Origin: a candidate division WOR-3 bacterium | Lineage (GTDB): Bacteria > Hydrothermota > Tepidihabitantia > SM23-42 > JAOAFX01 | Direction: 5' to 3' | Assembly (NCBI GenBank): GCA_037444665.1 | Contig: JBBILZ010000007.1 | Location: 1-59,546, forward strand | Length of the DNA: 59,546 bases | Shown: piece after piece, positions 8,193 through 19,862 of the stretch | Position numbering within the stretch: the stretch's first letter is position 1 | Layout: every line of letters begins with the position of its first letter | The notes under the pieces: generated by a model | Told to the model about the DNA's origin: nothing | The model's database searches: none | What the model saw: the letters and a program-made list of their open reading frames with translations, nothing else | Translations under genes and position numbers: made by a program

Positions 8193-8788
8193 TTGGAATT
8201 ATTGATTATGGAGCAGGAAATCTTCTTTCTGTAGTAAATGCATTGAATCATCTTAAGGTTGAACATAGTTTAATAAAAAAACCAGCTGACTTTAAAGGAG
8301 TGAAAAAGATCATCCTGCCTGGAGTGGGTGCATTTGGATATGCGATTAAGGAATTACATAAGAGAAATCTGTTTGAAAAAGTCTATGAATGGATAATGTT
8401 GAATAAACCATTTTTCGGGATATGCCTTGGCATGCAGTTGCTGTTCAAAAGGAGTGAAGAATCACCGGGTATTAAAGGTCTGGGTGTATTTGAAGGTATT
8501 ATCAAAAAATTTACCCGGTGTAAGGTCCCTCAGATTGGCTGGAATCGTGTAGAGATTGTTAGACCCTGTGCAATGGTTAGTCAATCACACAGTCATCTCT
8601 TCTACTATTTTTTGCACAGTTATTATGTTTATGGTGTTATAGAGGATTTGATTGTCGGAATCACAGAATACGGTGTTCACTATCCAGCGATAATCAATAA
8701 AGGCAATATCTATGCAGTCCAGTTCCATCCTGAAAAGAGCGGTAAAGAAGGATTAAAATTATTGAAAAACTGGGTGGTAAGATGTTGA
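8189..8788 (+). CDS. hisH: IGP synthase glutamine amidotransferase subunit
   Basis: IIDYGAGN, LPGVG, GICLGMQ, QFHPEKS. Confidence 0.96.
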   Translation: MIGIIDYGAGNLLSVVNALNHLKVEHSLIKKPADFKGVKKIILPGVGAFGYAIKELHKRNLFEKVYEWIMLNKPFFGICLGMQLLFKRSEESPGIKGLGVFEGIIKKFTRCKVPQIGWNRVEIVRPCAMVSQSHSHLFYYFLHSYYVYGVIEDLIVGITEYGVHYPAIINKGNIYAVQFHPEKSGKEGLKLLKNWVVRC

Positions 8789-9537
8789 CGATAAGAATCA
8801 TTCCCTGCCTTGATGTTGATAATGGAAAAGTTGTTAAGGGTGTGCAGTTTAAAAATTTGAAGAGTGCTGGTGACCCTGTTGAACTTGCCAAATACTACAA
8901 TGATGAAGGTGCAGATGAACTTATATTTTTAGATGTTTCTGCATCCATTGAACAAAGAAAAACAATGATTAAGGTTGTGGAGGCAGTTGCCCATAAGGTT
9001 TTTATTCCGCTCTGTGTGGGAGGTGGTATAAGAACAAAAAACGATATGCGGAGATTGCTCAATGCGGGTGCGGATAAGGTTGCTATCTGCACTGCAGCAA
9101 TACAAAATCCTGTATTGATAAAAGAAGGTGCAGAGCTCTTTGGTAATCAGTGTATTGTTGTCTCCATTGATGCAAAATGTATGGGAAAGAAATGGAATGC
9201 CTATACACATGGTGGAAGATTTGATTCAGGTAGGGATGTGATTGAATGGTCAATGGAGTGCGAAAGACTTGGTGCCGGTGAAATCCTGTTAAATTCAATT
9301 GACCGTGATGGAACACAAAAAGGCTATGATATCAGGTTGACAAAGTCGGTTTCATCGGGCGTGAAGGTTCCAGTAATTGCCTCGGGTGGAGCAGGAAACC
9401 TTGAACAGCTTTACCGGGTTATTAAATACGGCTATGCGGATGCTGTTCTTCTCGCATCGGCTTTACACTATGAACAATTAACAATCAGAGAGATAAAAAA
9501 ATTTTTACATAAAAAAGGGGTGAATGTAAGATGGTAA
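8782..9537 (+). CDS. hisF: IGP synthase cyclase subunit
   Basis: [43 protein letters not shown]. Confidence 0.97.
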   Translation: MLTIRIIPCLDVDNGKVVKGVQFKNLKSAGDPVELAKYYNDEGADELIFLDVSASIEQRKTMIKVVEAVAHKVFIPLCVGGGIRTKNDMRRLLNAGADKVAICTAAIQNPVLIKEGAELFGNQCIVVSIDAKCMGKKWNAYTHGGRFDSGRDVIEWSMECERLGAGEILLNSIDRDGTQKGYDIRLTKSVSSGVKVPVIASGGAGNLEQLYRVIKYGYADAVLLASALHYEQLTIREIKKFLHKKGVNVRW

Positions 9538-10523
9538 TAAGTTCAATTGATTTAATGGGTGGTAAGGTTGTGCAGTTAAGACAGGGCAATGAAAAGGTGC
9601 TTGAATTTGATGATTTTTTGAGCATTGCCCGCGAATTTAATATATACAACGAGATTGCAGTGATTGACCTTGATGCGGCAATGGGCAAAGGTGACAATTT
9701 AAGTATTATAGAAAAATTGTTAAAAATTGCTGATTGTCGTGTAGGTGGAGGTATTCATAGTATAAAAAAAACGAAAGAGCTATTAAATGCGGGCGCCCAA
9801 AAAATCATAATTGGTTCAAAGGCATTTAATGGCAAAACGCCAGATAAAAAATTTCTTGATGAACTTAAAAAAGAAGTGGGTAGGGAAAGGATTATCATTG
9901 CCCTTGATTCATTCAATAATGAAATTGTTGTTAAGGGCTGGAAAGAGAGGACTGGTATTAACCTCTTTGATGTTATTAAAGACTTTGAGCCTTATGCCAA
10001 TGAATTCTTATTTACATTTGTTGAAAGTGAAGGCACAATGTCAGGGATTGATATTGAAGCTGTAAAAAAATTGCGCCAGGCTACAGACCGACGGATTACA
10101 GTCGCAGGTGGTGTCTCCACACTTGATGAGATAAAGCTTCTCAGCCAGATGAATATTGATGTGCAAATGGGTATGGCACTTTATACAAAAAAGGTCTCAC
10201 TGCAGCAGGCATTTATTGAATCACTCAATTGGAGAACAGAATTAATCCCGACCATAACCCAGGATGTTTCAGGCACTGTGTTGATGCTTGCCTATTCTAA
10301 TAAGGATTCATTGCAGAAGACATTTGAGACTGGAAAGATGTGGTACTTTTCCCGGAGCAGGCAAGAACTATGGTTTAAAGGCCGAACATCAGGCAATGTT
10401 CAGGAATTGGTCAAAATGCGTGTGGATTGTGACCGTGATGCAATCCTTGCAATTGTTAAGCAGAACGGTATTGCCTGTCATACTGGCAATTATTCCTGTT
10501 TCGGTGTGAGGAGGAAAGTATGA
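9531..10523 (+). CDS. hisA-hisI: Fused ProFAR isomerase (HisA) / phosphoribosyl-AMP cyclohydrolase (HisI); no HisE domain
   Basis: N-term [27 protein letters not shown]-term [32 protein letters not shown], then stop. Confidence 0.88.
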   Translation: MVISSIDLMGGKVVQLRQGNEKVLEFDDFLSIAREFNIYNEIAVIDLDAAMGKGDNLSIIEKLLKIADCRVGGGIHSIKKTKELLNAGAQKIIIGSKAFNGKTPDKKFLDELKKEVGRERIIIALDSFNNEIVVKGWKERTGINLFDVIKDFEPYANEFLFTFVESEGTMSGIDIEAVKKLRQATDRRITVAGGVSTLDEIKLLSQMNIDVQMGMALYTKKVSLQQAFIESLNWRTELIPTITQDVSGTVLMLAYSNKDSLQKTFETGKMWYFSRSRQELWFKGRTSGNVQELVKMRVDCDRDAILAIVKQNGIACHTGNYSCFGVRRKV

Positions 10524-11539
10524 AGATAACCGAGGCAATCAAAAAAGTTATAGACAAAAAATCATTAGACCAGATTGAAGCCTATTTAGTTTGCTCAGAA
10601 ATTATGGATGGGGTTGCTACACCTGCCCAGATTGGTTCATTACTTACTGCACTGAGGATAAAAGGAGAAAGCATTGAAGAAATGATTGGTTTTGCAAAGG
10701 CAATGCGGGAAAAGATGGTCTATATAAATTTTGATTCAGAACCACTTATTGATACCTGTGGAACAGGAGGAGACCTTTCAGGGACATTTAATATCTCTAC
10801 AATTTCTGCAATTATTGCAGCAGGTGCTGGTTGTTATGTTGCCAAGCATGGTAATCGCTCAAATTCAAGCCATTGCGGAAGTGCTGATTTATTAGAGGCA
10901 CTGGGTATCAAGATAGATTTAACAAGAGACCAGGTTGAAAAATGCCTTAAGGAACATAATATCGCATTTATTTTTGCTCCTTTATTCCATCCAGCAATGA
11001 AATCTGTAAAAGGACCAAGAAAAGAAATGGAAATAAGAACCATCTTTAATCTGCTCGGTCCAGTTGTCAATCCAGCAGGTGTAAAAAGGCAGGTCATTGG
11101 AGTGTGCGATAAAAGATTTTTAACACCTGTTGCAGAAGTTTTAAAACACCTTGGTGCAGAACACTGCCTTGTTGTTCATGGTGCTGACGGCATTGATGAA
11201 ATTTCCACAACTACTATAACCTATGTTAGTGAGCTAAATAATGGCAAAATAATTGACTATACAATTTCGCCAGAAGATTTTGGTATTAAAAAATGTAGTA
11301 TAGAAGAGTTGAGGGTAGCAAATAAAGCCGATAATATAAGGGTTTTTATTGATATACTTAACTGCATACCAGGACCAAAGACCGATATTGCAATATTGAA
11401 TGCTGGTGCTGCAATCTATGTGGCAGGAAAAGCTGAATCTATTATACAGGGTATTGAACTGGCTCGTGAATCTGTCTTTTCCAGATGGGCAGCAGGTAAA
11501 TTTGAGGCATTGAAAAGGTTTACCAATGAACTTTCTTGA
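10520..11539 (+). CDS. trpD: Anthranilate phosphoribosyltransferase
   Basis: [39 protein letters not shown]. Confidence 0.97.
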   Translation: MKITEAIKKVIDKKSLDQIEAYLVCSEIMDGVATPAQIGSLLTALRIKGESIEEMIGFAKAMREKMVYINFDSEPLIDTCGTGGDLSGTFNISTISAIIAAGAGCYVAKHGNRSNSSHCGSADLLEALGIKIDLTRDQVEKCLKEHNIAFIFAPLFHPAMKSVKGPRKEMEIRTIFNLLGPVVNPAGVKRQVIGVCDKRFLTPVAEVLKHLGAEHCLVVHGADGIDEISTTTITYVSELNNGKIIDYTISPEDFGIKKCSIEELRVANKADNIRVFIDILNCIPGPKTDIAILNAGAAIYVAGKAESIIQGIELARESVFSRWAAGKFEALKRFTNELS

Positions 11540-12305
11540 AGAGATAGTAATATTCAAAAAACAAGAGGTTGAAAGGAAAAAAACAGTTGTGCCGTTACAT
11601 AGTTTTATGGGTAACAGAATGATTGGAATCAGGGATTTTAAAAAGAGTATAATAAAAAATGGAATTGCATTGATTGCTGAGATGAAGAAACGGTCACCAT
11701 CTAATTCCAATATCATTAAGCATTACTCACCTGAAAACCTGGCGCAGGTTTATGAAGCAGGTGGTGTTGATGCCATATCAGTGCTCACGGATAAAAAATA
11801 TTTTGGCGGGAATGAAAATCATATCATCAGAGTGAAAAAAAACTGTATGGTTCCTGTATTGAGAAAAGAATTTATTGTTGATGAATATCAAATCTATGAA
11901 TCACATTATCTGGGTGCTGATGCAATACTACTCATTGTCAGTATACTTGACCAGGAGCAGTTAAGAAAATTCGTAAGGATTGCCAAGAGGTTGAATCTTG
12001 CTGTATTAATTGAGACACATAATATAACTGAAATAGAGAGGGCATTAAATGCTGGTGCAGAGATTATTGGTATTAATAACAGAAACCTGAAGAACCTCAG
12101 GGTAGACCTGGGAACATCTTTAAAGTTGCGCCCTTTAATCCCTGATGAAATTATTGCGGTGAGTGAAAGTGGGATAAAGAACTTTGCCGATATCAAAAAA
12201 TTAAAAGAGGCAGGTTTTGATGCGATCCTTGTGGGAACAAGTATTCTTCAGGCAGAGAATATCGTTGATAAAATAAGAGAATTGAAAAATCAGGAGGCTG
12301 GATGA
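11526..12305 (+). CDS. trpC: Indole-3-glycerol-phosphate synthase
   Basis: LIAEMKKRSPS, ISVLTD, LRKEFI, IGINNRNL, SESGI. Confidence 0.96.
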   Translation: MNFLEEIVIFKKQEVERKKTVVPLHSFMGNRMIGIRDFKKSIIKNGIALIAEMKKRSPSNSNIIKHYSPENLAQVYEAGGVDAISVLTDKKYFGGNENHIIRVKKNCMVPVLRKEFIVDEYQIYESHYLGADAILLIVSILDQEQLRKFVRIAKRLNLAVLIETHNITEIERALNAGAEIIGINNRNLKNLRVDLGTSLKLRPLIPDEIIAVSESGIKNFADIKKLKEAGFDAILVGTSILQAENIVDKIRELKNQEAG

Positions 12306-13396
12306 AAAAAATTGCAAGTTTGAGAAAGAAGGTAAAAGCCATTGATCGCGGAATCATCAGAATGATTTATGAGCGTTTATCCCTGACTGAAAAAATTGGT
12401 AAAGAGAAGAAAAAATTGGGGCTTCCATTGCGTGATTGGAGTGTAGAAAAACAAGTGATCAAAAATAGCCTTGATTATGCAAAAAAATTAGGATTGGACA
12501 AAAATCTGGTCGGTCCAATAATTACAAAAATCATTGAATATGCACGAATCCGTCAGGAAGAAATTGATTATTCAGCATATACTGGAGACCGGGAAGATAT
12601 CCTAATCATTGGTGGTCTCGGTGCAATGGGGCGTTGGTTTACGAACTTTTTTCAAAACCAGGGCCATAAGGTTTCAATCTGCGATGTCAGGGATAACGGT
12701 CCAAAAGGAATCCCATATTACAGAAACCTGCGGACTGCGTTAAAAGATAAATCCTGTGTGCTTATTTCAACACCACTGAAAATTGTACCAGAAGTTATTG
12801 AAGAGATTGTGAGGCTGAAATATCAGGGCATAGTATTTGATATTGCAAGTGTGAAGGCACATTTAATACCGGCAGTAAAATTGGCAATTGATAATAAAAT
12901 AAAAATTACCAGCATACACCCAATGTTTGGACCGTCCTGCCGTACACTAACAGATAAAATCATCTGTTTATGCAGTTGTGGTTGCATAGTAGCAGACAAA
13001 AAAGTTTTGTCATTCTTCAGAGATACCGCATCAACCCTGATTAACCTTTCGTTTGATGAGCATGATAGACTGGTTGCATATGTACTGGGCCTCTCCCATT
13101 TTATTAATATCCTTTTTATCAAAACACTTGTTGATAGTGGTTATAATTATGAAGACTTTCAAAAGATTGCCAGCACTACATTCGGCTTACAACTTAGAAC
13201 CGCAGTTACAGTGATAAGGGAAAACCCTGCACTTTATTATGAAATCCAGTCCTTGAATCCTTATCAATTGGAATTGTTTAGTAACCTGCAAGAGAAGATT
13301 GATATTCTTATTAATGCAATCAATAATGGTGATAAAAGAGTTTTTCAAAAAATTTTTCAAGAAGGATGTGAATGGATTGATTATGATAAAGATTAA
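12302..13396 (+). CDS. tyrA: Chorismate mutase / prephenate dehydrogenase fusion
   Basis: N-term AroQ-type CM (LRKKVKAID..ER..IGKEK..RD..E); IIGGLGAMG, DIASVK, HPMFGP, EHD..AYVLGLSH. Confidence 0.9.
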   Translation: MKKIASLRKKVKAIDRGIIRMIYERLSLTEKIGKEKKKLGLPLRDWSVEKQVIKNSLDYAKKLGLDKNLVGPIITKIIEYARIRQEEIDYSAYTGDREDILIIGGLGAMGRWFTNFFQNQGHKVSICDVRDNGPKGIPYYRNLRTALKDKSCVLISTPLKIVPEVIEEIVRLKYQGIVFDIASVKAHLIPAVKLAIDNKIKITSIHPMFGPSCRTLTDKIICLCSCGCIVADKKVLSFFRDTASTLINLSFDEHDRLVAYVLGLSHFINILFIKTLVDSGYNYEDFQKIASTTFGLQLRTAVTVIRENPALYYEIQSLNPYQLELFSNLQEKIDILINAINNGDKRVFQKIFQEGCEWIDYDKD

Positions 13397-14006
13397 AATC
13401 TGTGGGATTACAAATTTTGAGGACGCAAAAATGGTAGTTGATATGGGCGCTGATGCAATCGGTTTTATTTTTGTTCCTTCAAAAAGAATGGTCACACCTC
13501 AACTGGCAAGGTCAATCATTGAGATACTGCCGCCGTTTATTACAACAGTAGGTGTTTTCATGGATACTCCGTTAAATAGAGTGAACGAAATTGTAAAATA
13601 CACAAAAATTGATGTGGCACAACTCCATGGTGATGAAACACAAGAATATTGCAACTTAATAGAGTGTGCCCGTATCATAAAAAGGATAAATATAGATGGT
13701 CATACAAATCTTTATGGTTTGGTCAGACATATGAAACAGTATAAAGTATCTGGATTTCTGTTTGACCCGGGAAAAGGCAGTGGTAAGGAATTTGACTGGA
13801 AAAAGATAAAAGGTATTGGTGATTATGCAAATAATCTAATCATTGCTGGTGGCTTAACTCCGCAAAATGTTAATCAGGCAATTAAAATTATTAAACCTTA
13901 TGGTGTTGATGTATGCACAGGTGTGGAAAAGACACCAGGGAAAAAAGACCCTGTTAAACTTAAGTTATTTATCAATGAGGTAAAATTATGTTCATTACCG
14001 GTGTAA
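13383..14006 (+). CDS. trpF: Phosphoribosylanthranilate isomerase
   Basis: KIKICGIT, GFIF..SKR, QLHGDE, AGGLTP, GVDV; start trimmed to ATG 13383. Confidence 0.95.
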   Translation: MIKIKICGITNFEDAKMVVDMGADAIGFIFVPSKRMVTPQLARSIIEILPPFITTVGVFMDTPLNRVNEIVKYTKIDVAQLHGDETQEYCNLIECARIIKRINIDGHTNLYGLVRHMKQYKVSGFLFDPGKGSGKEFDWKKIKGIGDYANNLIIAGGLTPQNVNQAIKIIKPYGVDVCTGVEKTPGKKDPVKLKLFINEVKLCSLPV

Positions 14007-14764
14007 TTGGTTATCCACTAGACCAGACCTATTCACCATTGATTCATAATACTGCTTTTAGAAAATTGAAAATCCAAGGTGTCTATTATCCGATGCGTGT
14101 TCCGTCTGATGCTTTCGGGACAATTATTTCCCTTTTAAAGCAATTAAAGTTTAATGGTGCAAATATCACAAACCCTTATAAAAAGGAAGTATTAAAATAT
14201 CTTGATCTTATTGATGATACTGCAAATGAGATCGGTGCGGTAAATACAGTTCTTATACAGGAAAATAAAAGTATTGGTTTTAATACAGATTTTTATGGAT
14301 TTAAAAAATCCCTTTCAGAGCATAGTATCAATCTTAGAGACAAGATTGTTTTGCTTATTGGTGCAGGTGGAGTTGCCTGTGCCTGTGCTTATGTGTTAAA
14401 AAATGAACATCCAGGGCAGGTTTTTATCGCCAATAGAACAATCTGTAAAGCAGAGGAGATAACCAGGTTCTGCAAGGCAGAAGTAATCGATTTTGAACAG
14501 ATAAATGGTGTTGCTAAATATATTGATGTAGTAATTAATGCTACATCCATTGACCTGCAGAATATGGTTGTCCCTACGTTAAATGAGGGTAGTATTTATT
14601 ATGATGTGAATTATAAGTTTAAAAAACTTAAACGGAGGAAAATCTTTCAGGTTAATGGTATCAGTATGTTTATATATCAGGCGGCACTATCGTTTAGCCT
14701 CTGGACCAAAAAAAAGCCGCCTGTTGCTATTATGAAAAGGGCATTAAAAGGGGGTGCTAAATGA
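13988..14764 (+). CDS. aroE: Shikimate dehydrogenase
   Basis: SPLIHN, GANITNPYK, GAVNT, GFNTD, GAGG, NRT, NATS. Confidence 0.93.
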   Translation: MFITGVIGYPLDQTYSPLIHNTAFRKLKIQGVYYPMRVPSDAFGTIISLLKQLKFNGANITNPYKKEVLKYLDLIDDTANEIGAVNTVLIQENKSIGFNTDFYGFKKSLSEHSINLRDKIVLLIGAGGVACACAYVLKNEHPGQVFIANRTICKAEEITRFCKAEVIDFEQINGVAKYIDVVINATSIDLQNMVVPTLNEGSIYYDVNYKFKKLKRRKIFQVNGISMFIYQAALSFSLWTKKKPPVAIMKRALKGGAK

Positions 14765-15825
14765 TAAGAATGCTCACATCAGGAGAGTCGCACAATAAGG
14801 GCATTTCAGTCATTATTGATGGTATGCCGGCTGGCTTAAGGATTTCTGTGGATTTGATAAATAGAGAGCTCAAAAGGCGTCAGTCTGGTTATGGAAGGAG
14901 TGAGCGTATGATGATTGAATCTGACTGTGTTGAGATTTTGTCGGGTATACGGCAGGCAAGGACAATCGGTTCACCAATTCACCTTTTTGTAAAAAACAGG
15001 GATTATCAAGCAGAAAATTTTGAGGCGAAAAATTTCAGGAGTCTAATTACTGCACCAAGACCCGGGCATGCAGACCTCGCTGGTGTATTAAAGTTTGGCT
15101 TCAGTGATATAAGAGATGTTTTAGAAAGGGCATCAGCAAGGGAGACTGTAGCACGGGTCAGTGCTGGTGCGATATTCAAGGCATTCCTGAAAGAATTTAA
15201 TATTCTAATCACATCTTGCACCATTACTATAGGCAATGTTAGATGTAAAAAAGAGATTTGCAATCTCATCAACCGGGCAAGAAAAAAAGGTGATACACTT
15301 GGAGGGATAGTTGAGATATACGGAGATAATGTTCCCGCAGGACTTGGTTCATATACCCAATTTGATAAACGGCTTGACGCACAAATTGGTTTTGCAATGC
15401 TTTCTATCCCTTCAGTAAAAGGGATTGAGATTGGAGATGCATTTAAAAATGCACTACGATTTGGTTCAGAGGTCCATGATGAGATATACTACAAAAAAGA
15501 AAAGGTTTTTTACCGAAAGACCAACCGTGCAGGCGGGATTGAAGGTGGTATGAGTAATGGTGCAAGGATTATAATCCGCCTTTATGTCAAGCCCATACCA
15601 ACACTCAGTAAACCTTTAAATTCAGTGGACATCAAGACAAAGAATCGTGTGCCTGCCTATACAACAAGGGCAGATATCTGTGTTGTTCCTGCAGTGGCAG
15701 TGATTGGTGAGGCAATGCTCGCATATGTTGTTGCTGATGCTGTCTGTGAAAAGTTTGGGAACGACAATCTCCAGGATATAAAAAAAGCATTCCGTTTATA
15801 TCAAAAGAGGATAAAAAATGTCTGA
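14761..15825 (+). CDS. aroC: Chorismate synthase
   Basis: TSGESH, RPGHAD, ERASARET, GDTLGG, GGIEGGMSNG. Confidence 0.96.
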   Translation: MIRMLTSGESHNKGISVIIDGMPAGLRISVDLINRELKRRQSGYGRSERMMIESDCVEILSGIRQARTIGSPIHLFVKNRDYQAENFEAKNFRSLITAPRPGHADLAGVLKFGFSDIRDVLERASARETVARVSAGAIFKAFLKEFNILITSCTITIGNVRCKKEICNLINRARKKGDTLGGIVEIYGDNVPAGLGSYTQFDKRLDAQIGFAMLSIPSVKGIEIGDAFKNALRFGSEVHDEIYYKKEKVFYRKTNRAGGIEGGMSNGARIIIRLYVKPIPTLSKPLNSVDIKTKNRVPAYTTRADICVVPAVAVIGEAMLAYVVADAVCEKFGNDNLQDIKKAFRLYQKRIKNV

Positions 15826-17377
15826 AAATATTATTCTTATAGGTTTTATGGGAGCGGGTAAAGATACAATTGGCAGATACCTTGCTCAGCGGTTGCACAA
15901 ATCTTTTATTTCAACAGATTATATGATTGAACTTGCTGAAGGAAAAACTGTAGCAGAAATTTTTGAAAAAAGGGGAGAACCATATTTTCGGAGAAGAGAG
16001 GCATGGGTATTAAAGAATATTAAGAGTTTGAAGAATACCGTTATTGCGACTGGTGGGGGTATGGTCCTTTGTGAGAAGAACTGCGGTATTTTGAAAAATA
16101 TGGGAATAGTTGTTTATCTCTATACTGGGCTATCTGTCTTAAAGCAGAGAATTCACTTGAATGGCACAAGGCCCCTTATCAAATCAGTCAGCGACTTAAA
16201 AATGCTCTATAATAAAAGAAAGGGGCTTTATGATTTTGCTGAGGTGTCTATTGATACAACAGAAAAGACGGTTAAGGACATTGTCCAGGAAATTATTGAA
16301 AAACTAAGATTAAGAATCCCGAATGATTTTAACAAAAAATATAAAGTATTTGTAAGGACCAAGGCAGGACATTATCCAGTAATTATTGGTGCGGGGATTT
16401 TGCAAAGGTTGGCAATAAAACCTGAAGACCATATCAGGGTATTGGTCATTACGAACCCATTGGTTGGCGCACTATATCTTTTAGAGCTCAGAGATAGTTT
16501 AGAAAAAAATGGTTTTGAAGTTTTCACCAAGGTCATACCTGATGGTGAAAATTACAAAACCCTGAAAATAGTAAGTAGCATATATAAAATGCTCTTTGAA
16601 CATAATTTTTCCCGCGCCGATTTTATCATTGGACTTGGTGGTGGTATAATCATAGATATTGCAGGTTTTGTTGCTTCAACATACAAACGCGGCATGAGGC
16701 TCATTAATATTCCAACCACACTCCTCGCTATGGTTGATGCTGGTTTTGGTGGTAAGACTGGAGTAAACACAGATTTGGGTAAGAATATGATTGGCACATT
16801 CTATCAGCCAGAAATGGTGGTCTGTGATATTAAAAAACTCGCAAGCCTTTCTGATTATGAACTCAAGAATGGTATATCTGAAGTGATAAAATATGCTCTT
16901 ATAAAATCAAAAAGATTGACCAGAATGCTGCAGAGATACAAAGAACAGATATTGGGTAGAAGGTTGAATATTCTTTTTCACATTGTAAAGGAATGTGTTT
17001 TAATAAAAACTTCGGTCATTGCCCAGGACGAAAAAGAGACCGAAGGTAAAAGGGAGATTCTTAATTTTGGCCATACGATAGGCCATATTATTGAGACCCT
17101 TACTAAGTATAAAAAATATTCACATGGAGAGGCTATTGCCATGGGAATGGTTGAAGAAGTTCGTATGTTTGGTAAAAAATCTAATTTTAATACAAAATTT
17201 ATAGTTGATTTATTAAAAAATTATGGCTTGCCATTCAGTCTGCCTGCAGACATAAGAAAAAATTGTATAAAAAAATTATTGATTCAGGACAAGAAGGTCC
17301 GTGCAGGGAACATAAAAATTCCGATGCTTAGCAAGATTGGTCAAGCCATAATCAAGAATATAAAATTAGGAGGTTAG
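15818..17377 (+). CDS. aroKB: Shikimate kinase / 3-dehydroquinate synthase fusion
   Basis: N-term GFMGAGK, GEPYFR, TGGG; C-term DGE.YK, GGG...D, PTTLLAMVD, GGKTG, LNFGHTIGH, HGEA. Confidence 0.93.
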   Translation: MSENIILIGFMGAGKDTIGRYLAQRLHKSFISTDYMIELAEGKTVAEIFEKRGEPYFRRREAWVLKNIKSLKNTVIATGGGMVLCEKNCGILKNMGIVVYLYTGLSVLKQRIHLNGTRPLIKSVSDLKMLYNKRKGLYDFAEVSIDTTEKTVKDIVQEIIEKLRLRIPNDFNKKYKVFVRTKAGHYPVIIGAGILQRLAIKPEDHIRVLVITNPLVGALYLLELRDSLEKNGFEVFTKVIPDGENYKTLKIVSSIYKMLFEHNFSRADFIIGLGGGIIIDIAGFVASTYKRGMRLINIPTTLLAMVDAGFGGKTGVNTDLGKNMIGTFYQPEMVVCDIKKLASLSDYELKNGISEVIKYALIKSKRLTRMLQRYKEQILGRRLNILFHIVKECVLIKTSVIAQDEKETEGKREILNFGHTIGHIIETLTKYKKYSHGEAIAMGMVEEVRMFGKKSNFNTKFIVDLLKNYGLPFSLPADIRKNCIKKLLIQDKKVRAGNIKIPMLSKIGQAIIKNIKLGG

Positions 17378-17833
17378 ATGAATAAAAAGGTGAGAATCCT
17401 TATGCTCCACGGTCCAAATCTGAACCTTTTGGGCAAAAGATTGCCTGATATTTATGGACCAATGAGCCTTGATGAAATAAATAACTGCATTTTGAATTAT
17501 GCGCAGGAAAAAGGGATACAGGTTGATATTCATCAGACAAATTCAGAGACGATGATAATAGATTTGATACACAAGGCACAAGGTTATGATGGAATTGTGC
17601 TCAATCCCGGTGCATACACACACACCTCCTACGCAATCAGGGATGCGATTGAGGCAATGGGAATTTGCACGATTGAGGTCCATCTTTCTAATATATATGC
17701 ACGGGAGCCATTCCGCAAGAAGAGTGCCATTGCACCGGTCTGCATTGGGCAGATCACTGGTCTGGGCTGGTATGGATATATACTGGCAATTGCATTTCTT
17801 ATCAATTCTCAAGGAGATAAGGATGCGATATAA
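17378..17833 (+). CDS. aroQ: Type II 3-dehydroquinate dehydratase
   Basis: [31 protein letters not shown]. Confidence 0.96.
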   Translation: MNKKVRILMLHGPNLNLLGKRLPDIYGPMSLDEINNCILNYAQEKGIQVDIHQTNSETMIIDLIHKAQGYDGIVLNPGAYTHTSYAIRDAIEAMGICTIEVHLSNIYAREPFRKKSAIAPVCIGQITGLGWYGYILAIAFLINSQGDKDAI

Positions 17834-19004
17834 TTTACCTGATAAAAGGGGTTACTTTGGTAGGTTTGGCGGAAGGTTTGTTCCTGAAACCCTTGTCTAT
17901 GCGCTCAATGAACTTGAAAAAGAGTATTTTCGGGCAAAGAAAAACCAAAATTTTAAAAAAGAACTGAATTGGTATCTTCAATATTATGCAGGAAGGCCTA
18001 CGCCATTGTATTATGCACAGAACCTTTCAAATCTATTAAAAGGAGCCCGAATATATTTAAAAAGAGAAGACCTTCTTCACACTGGTGCACACAAAATCAA
18101 TAATACAATTGGTCAGGTTTTACTTGCAAGAAGAATGGGAAAGAAGAGGGTTATTGCTGAAACTGGTGCGGGACAGCACGGAGTGGCAACTGCTACTGCC
18201 TGTGCACTTCTTGGGCTTGAATGTGTTGTATATATGGGAAATAAAGATATTAAACGTCAGCAATTGAATGTCCTGAAGATGAAGTTGCTTGGCGCGAAGA
18301 TTATCTCTGTTGATGCAGGCACACAGACATTAAAGGATGCCATTAATGAGGCAATAAGGGAATGGGTGAGCAATGTGCGGAATACATACTACTGTATTGG
18401 CTCAATTGTTGGGCCACATCCTTATCCAGTAATGGTCAGGGATTTCCAAACTGTGATTGGTAATGAGACAAAATTACAGATAAAAAGATGCACGGGCAGA
18501 ATTCCTGACTTACTTGTTGCCTGTGTGGGTGGAGGCAGCAACGCAATTGGATTTTTCTTCCCATTCTTGAATACAAAGGCGAGGATGCTTGGTGTTGAAG
18601 GAGGCGGTCTCGGTTTGGATACTGCCAGACATTCTGCGACACTCTCCGGTGGTAGACCAGGAGTATTGCATGGTTCAATGACAATGCTATTACAGGACGA
18701 TGATGGCCAAATAATACCTACGCACTCAATCGCACCGGGTCTTGACTATCCGGGTGTTGGTCCAGAGCATGCACACTTGAAAGAAATAAAAAGGATAAAC
18801 TATACACATTGTCGTGATGAGCAGGCAATCAAGGCATTTACAATGCTTTCTGAAGTAGAGGGAATTATTCCGGCACTGGAGAGTGCACACGCAGTTTATA
18901 TAGGGATGAAGATGGCAAAGAGGATGAAACCGGATGAGATTGTAGTTATAAATCTTTCAGGTAGAGGTGATAAAGACCTGCAGATCGTTGAGGACTTATT
19001 ATGA
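17823..19004 (+). CDS. trpB: Tryptophan synthase beta chain
   Basis: [49 protein letters not shown]; start trimmed to ATG 17823 (AAGGAG SD). Confidence 0.97.
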   Translation: MRYNLPDKRGYFGRFGGRFVPETLVYALNELEKEYFRAKKNQNFKKELNWYLQYYAGRPTPLYYAQNLSNLLKGARIYLKREDLLHTGAHKINNTIGQVLLARRMGKKRVIAETGAGQHGVATATACALLGLECVVYMGNKDIKRQQLNVLKMKLLGAKIISVDAGTQTLKDAINEAIREWVSNVRNTYYCIGSIVGPHPYPVMVRDFQTVIGNETKLQIKRCTGRIPDLLVACVGGGSNAIGFFFPFLNTKARMLGVEGGGLGLDTARHSATLSGGRPGVLHGSMTMLLQDDDGQIIPTHSIAPGLDYPGVGPEHAHLKEIKRINYTHCRDEQAIKAFTMLSEVEGIIPALESAHAVYIGMKMAKRMKPDEIVVINLSGRGDKDLQIVEDLL

Positions 19005-19777
19005 ATAGAATTGCTACAAAGATTCAAGAACTAAAAAACAAGAATGAAGCGTGCCTTATCACCTATATTACTGCTGGATATCCAAACCTTGAAAAATCAA
19101 TGCATTATGCTGAACTACTTGATGAGAGTAATGCAGATATGATAGAGATTGGTCTCCCATTTTCCGACCCTATTGCTGATGGTAAAACAATTCAGTATGC
19201 CTCAAATATTGCACTAAATAACAAGGTGAATATCAATTCCATTGTAAGAGAAATTTCCCGATTAAAGATAAAGAGTCCTCTGATTATTATGTCCTATTTG
19301 AATCCGGTTCTTGCATTCGGTAAAGAAAGGTTTTTCCAAAAAATTTCTGAGGCAGGCGTTTCCGGGGTGATAATCCCTGACCTGATCGTTGAGGAGTCAG
19401 CGATCCTAAAATCTTTTACACAGAAAAACTCTGTTGGTATCATCCAGATGATTGCGCCAACATCCAGTAATGAACGTATAAAAATCATTGGAGAAAACTC
19501 TGATTGTTTTGTATATTGCGTTAGTGTTACTGGAACTACAGGAATAAAAAAAAGACTCCCTGCAGAGCTCCCGGAATTTATAAAAAGAGTAAGGAATTTG
19601 ATTGATAAACCATTGATGGTTGGTTTTGGGATCTCGCGCATAAGCCAGGTGATGAATCTGAGTCAAATGGCGGATGGTGTGGTCATCGGCAGCCGGATTA
19701 TAGAAGCAATTAAAAAAAGAGAAGATTTGGTAAAGTTGATGAAGGAATTTAAAAATGCTACAAGGCGTTGTTCTTAG
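19001..19777 (+). CDS. trpA: Tryptophan synthase alpha chain
   Basis: [30 protein letters not shown]. Confidence 0.96.
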   Translation: MNRIATKIQELKNKNEACLITYITAGYPNLEKSMHYAELLDESNADMIEIGLPFSDPIADGKTIQYASNIALNNKVNINSIVREISRLKIKSPLIIMSYLNPVLAFGKERFFQKISEAGVSGVIIPDLIVEESAILKSFTQKNSVGIIQMIAPTSSNERIKIIGENSDCFVYCVSVTGTTGIKKRLPAELPEFIKRVRNLIDKPLMVGFGISRISQVMNLSQMADGVVIGSRIIEAIKKREDLVKLMKEFKNATRRCS

Positions 19778-19862
19778 TATCGTGTTTATGCTGACTCCGC
19801 AAAAGCGCACGACAATTTCTGTGAAGATAAGTGGAGTCAAACGGTAGAATAAAGGAGGTTCT

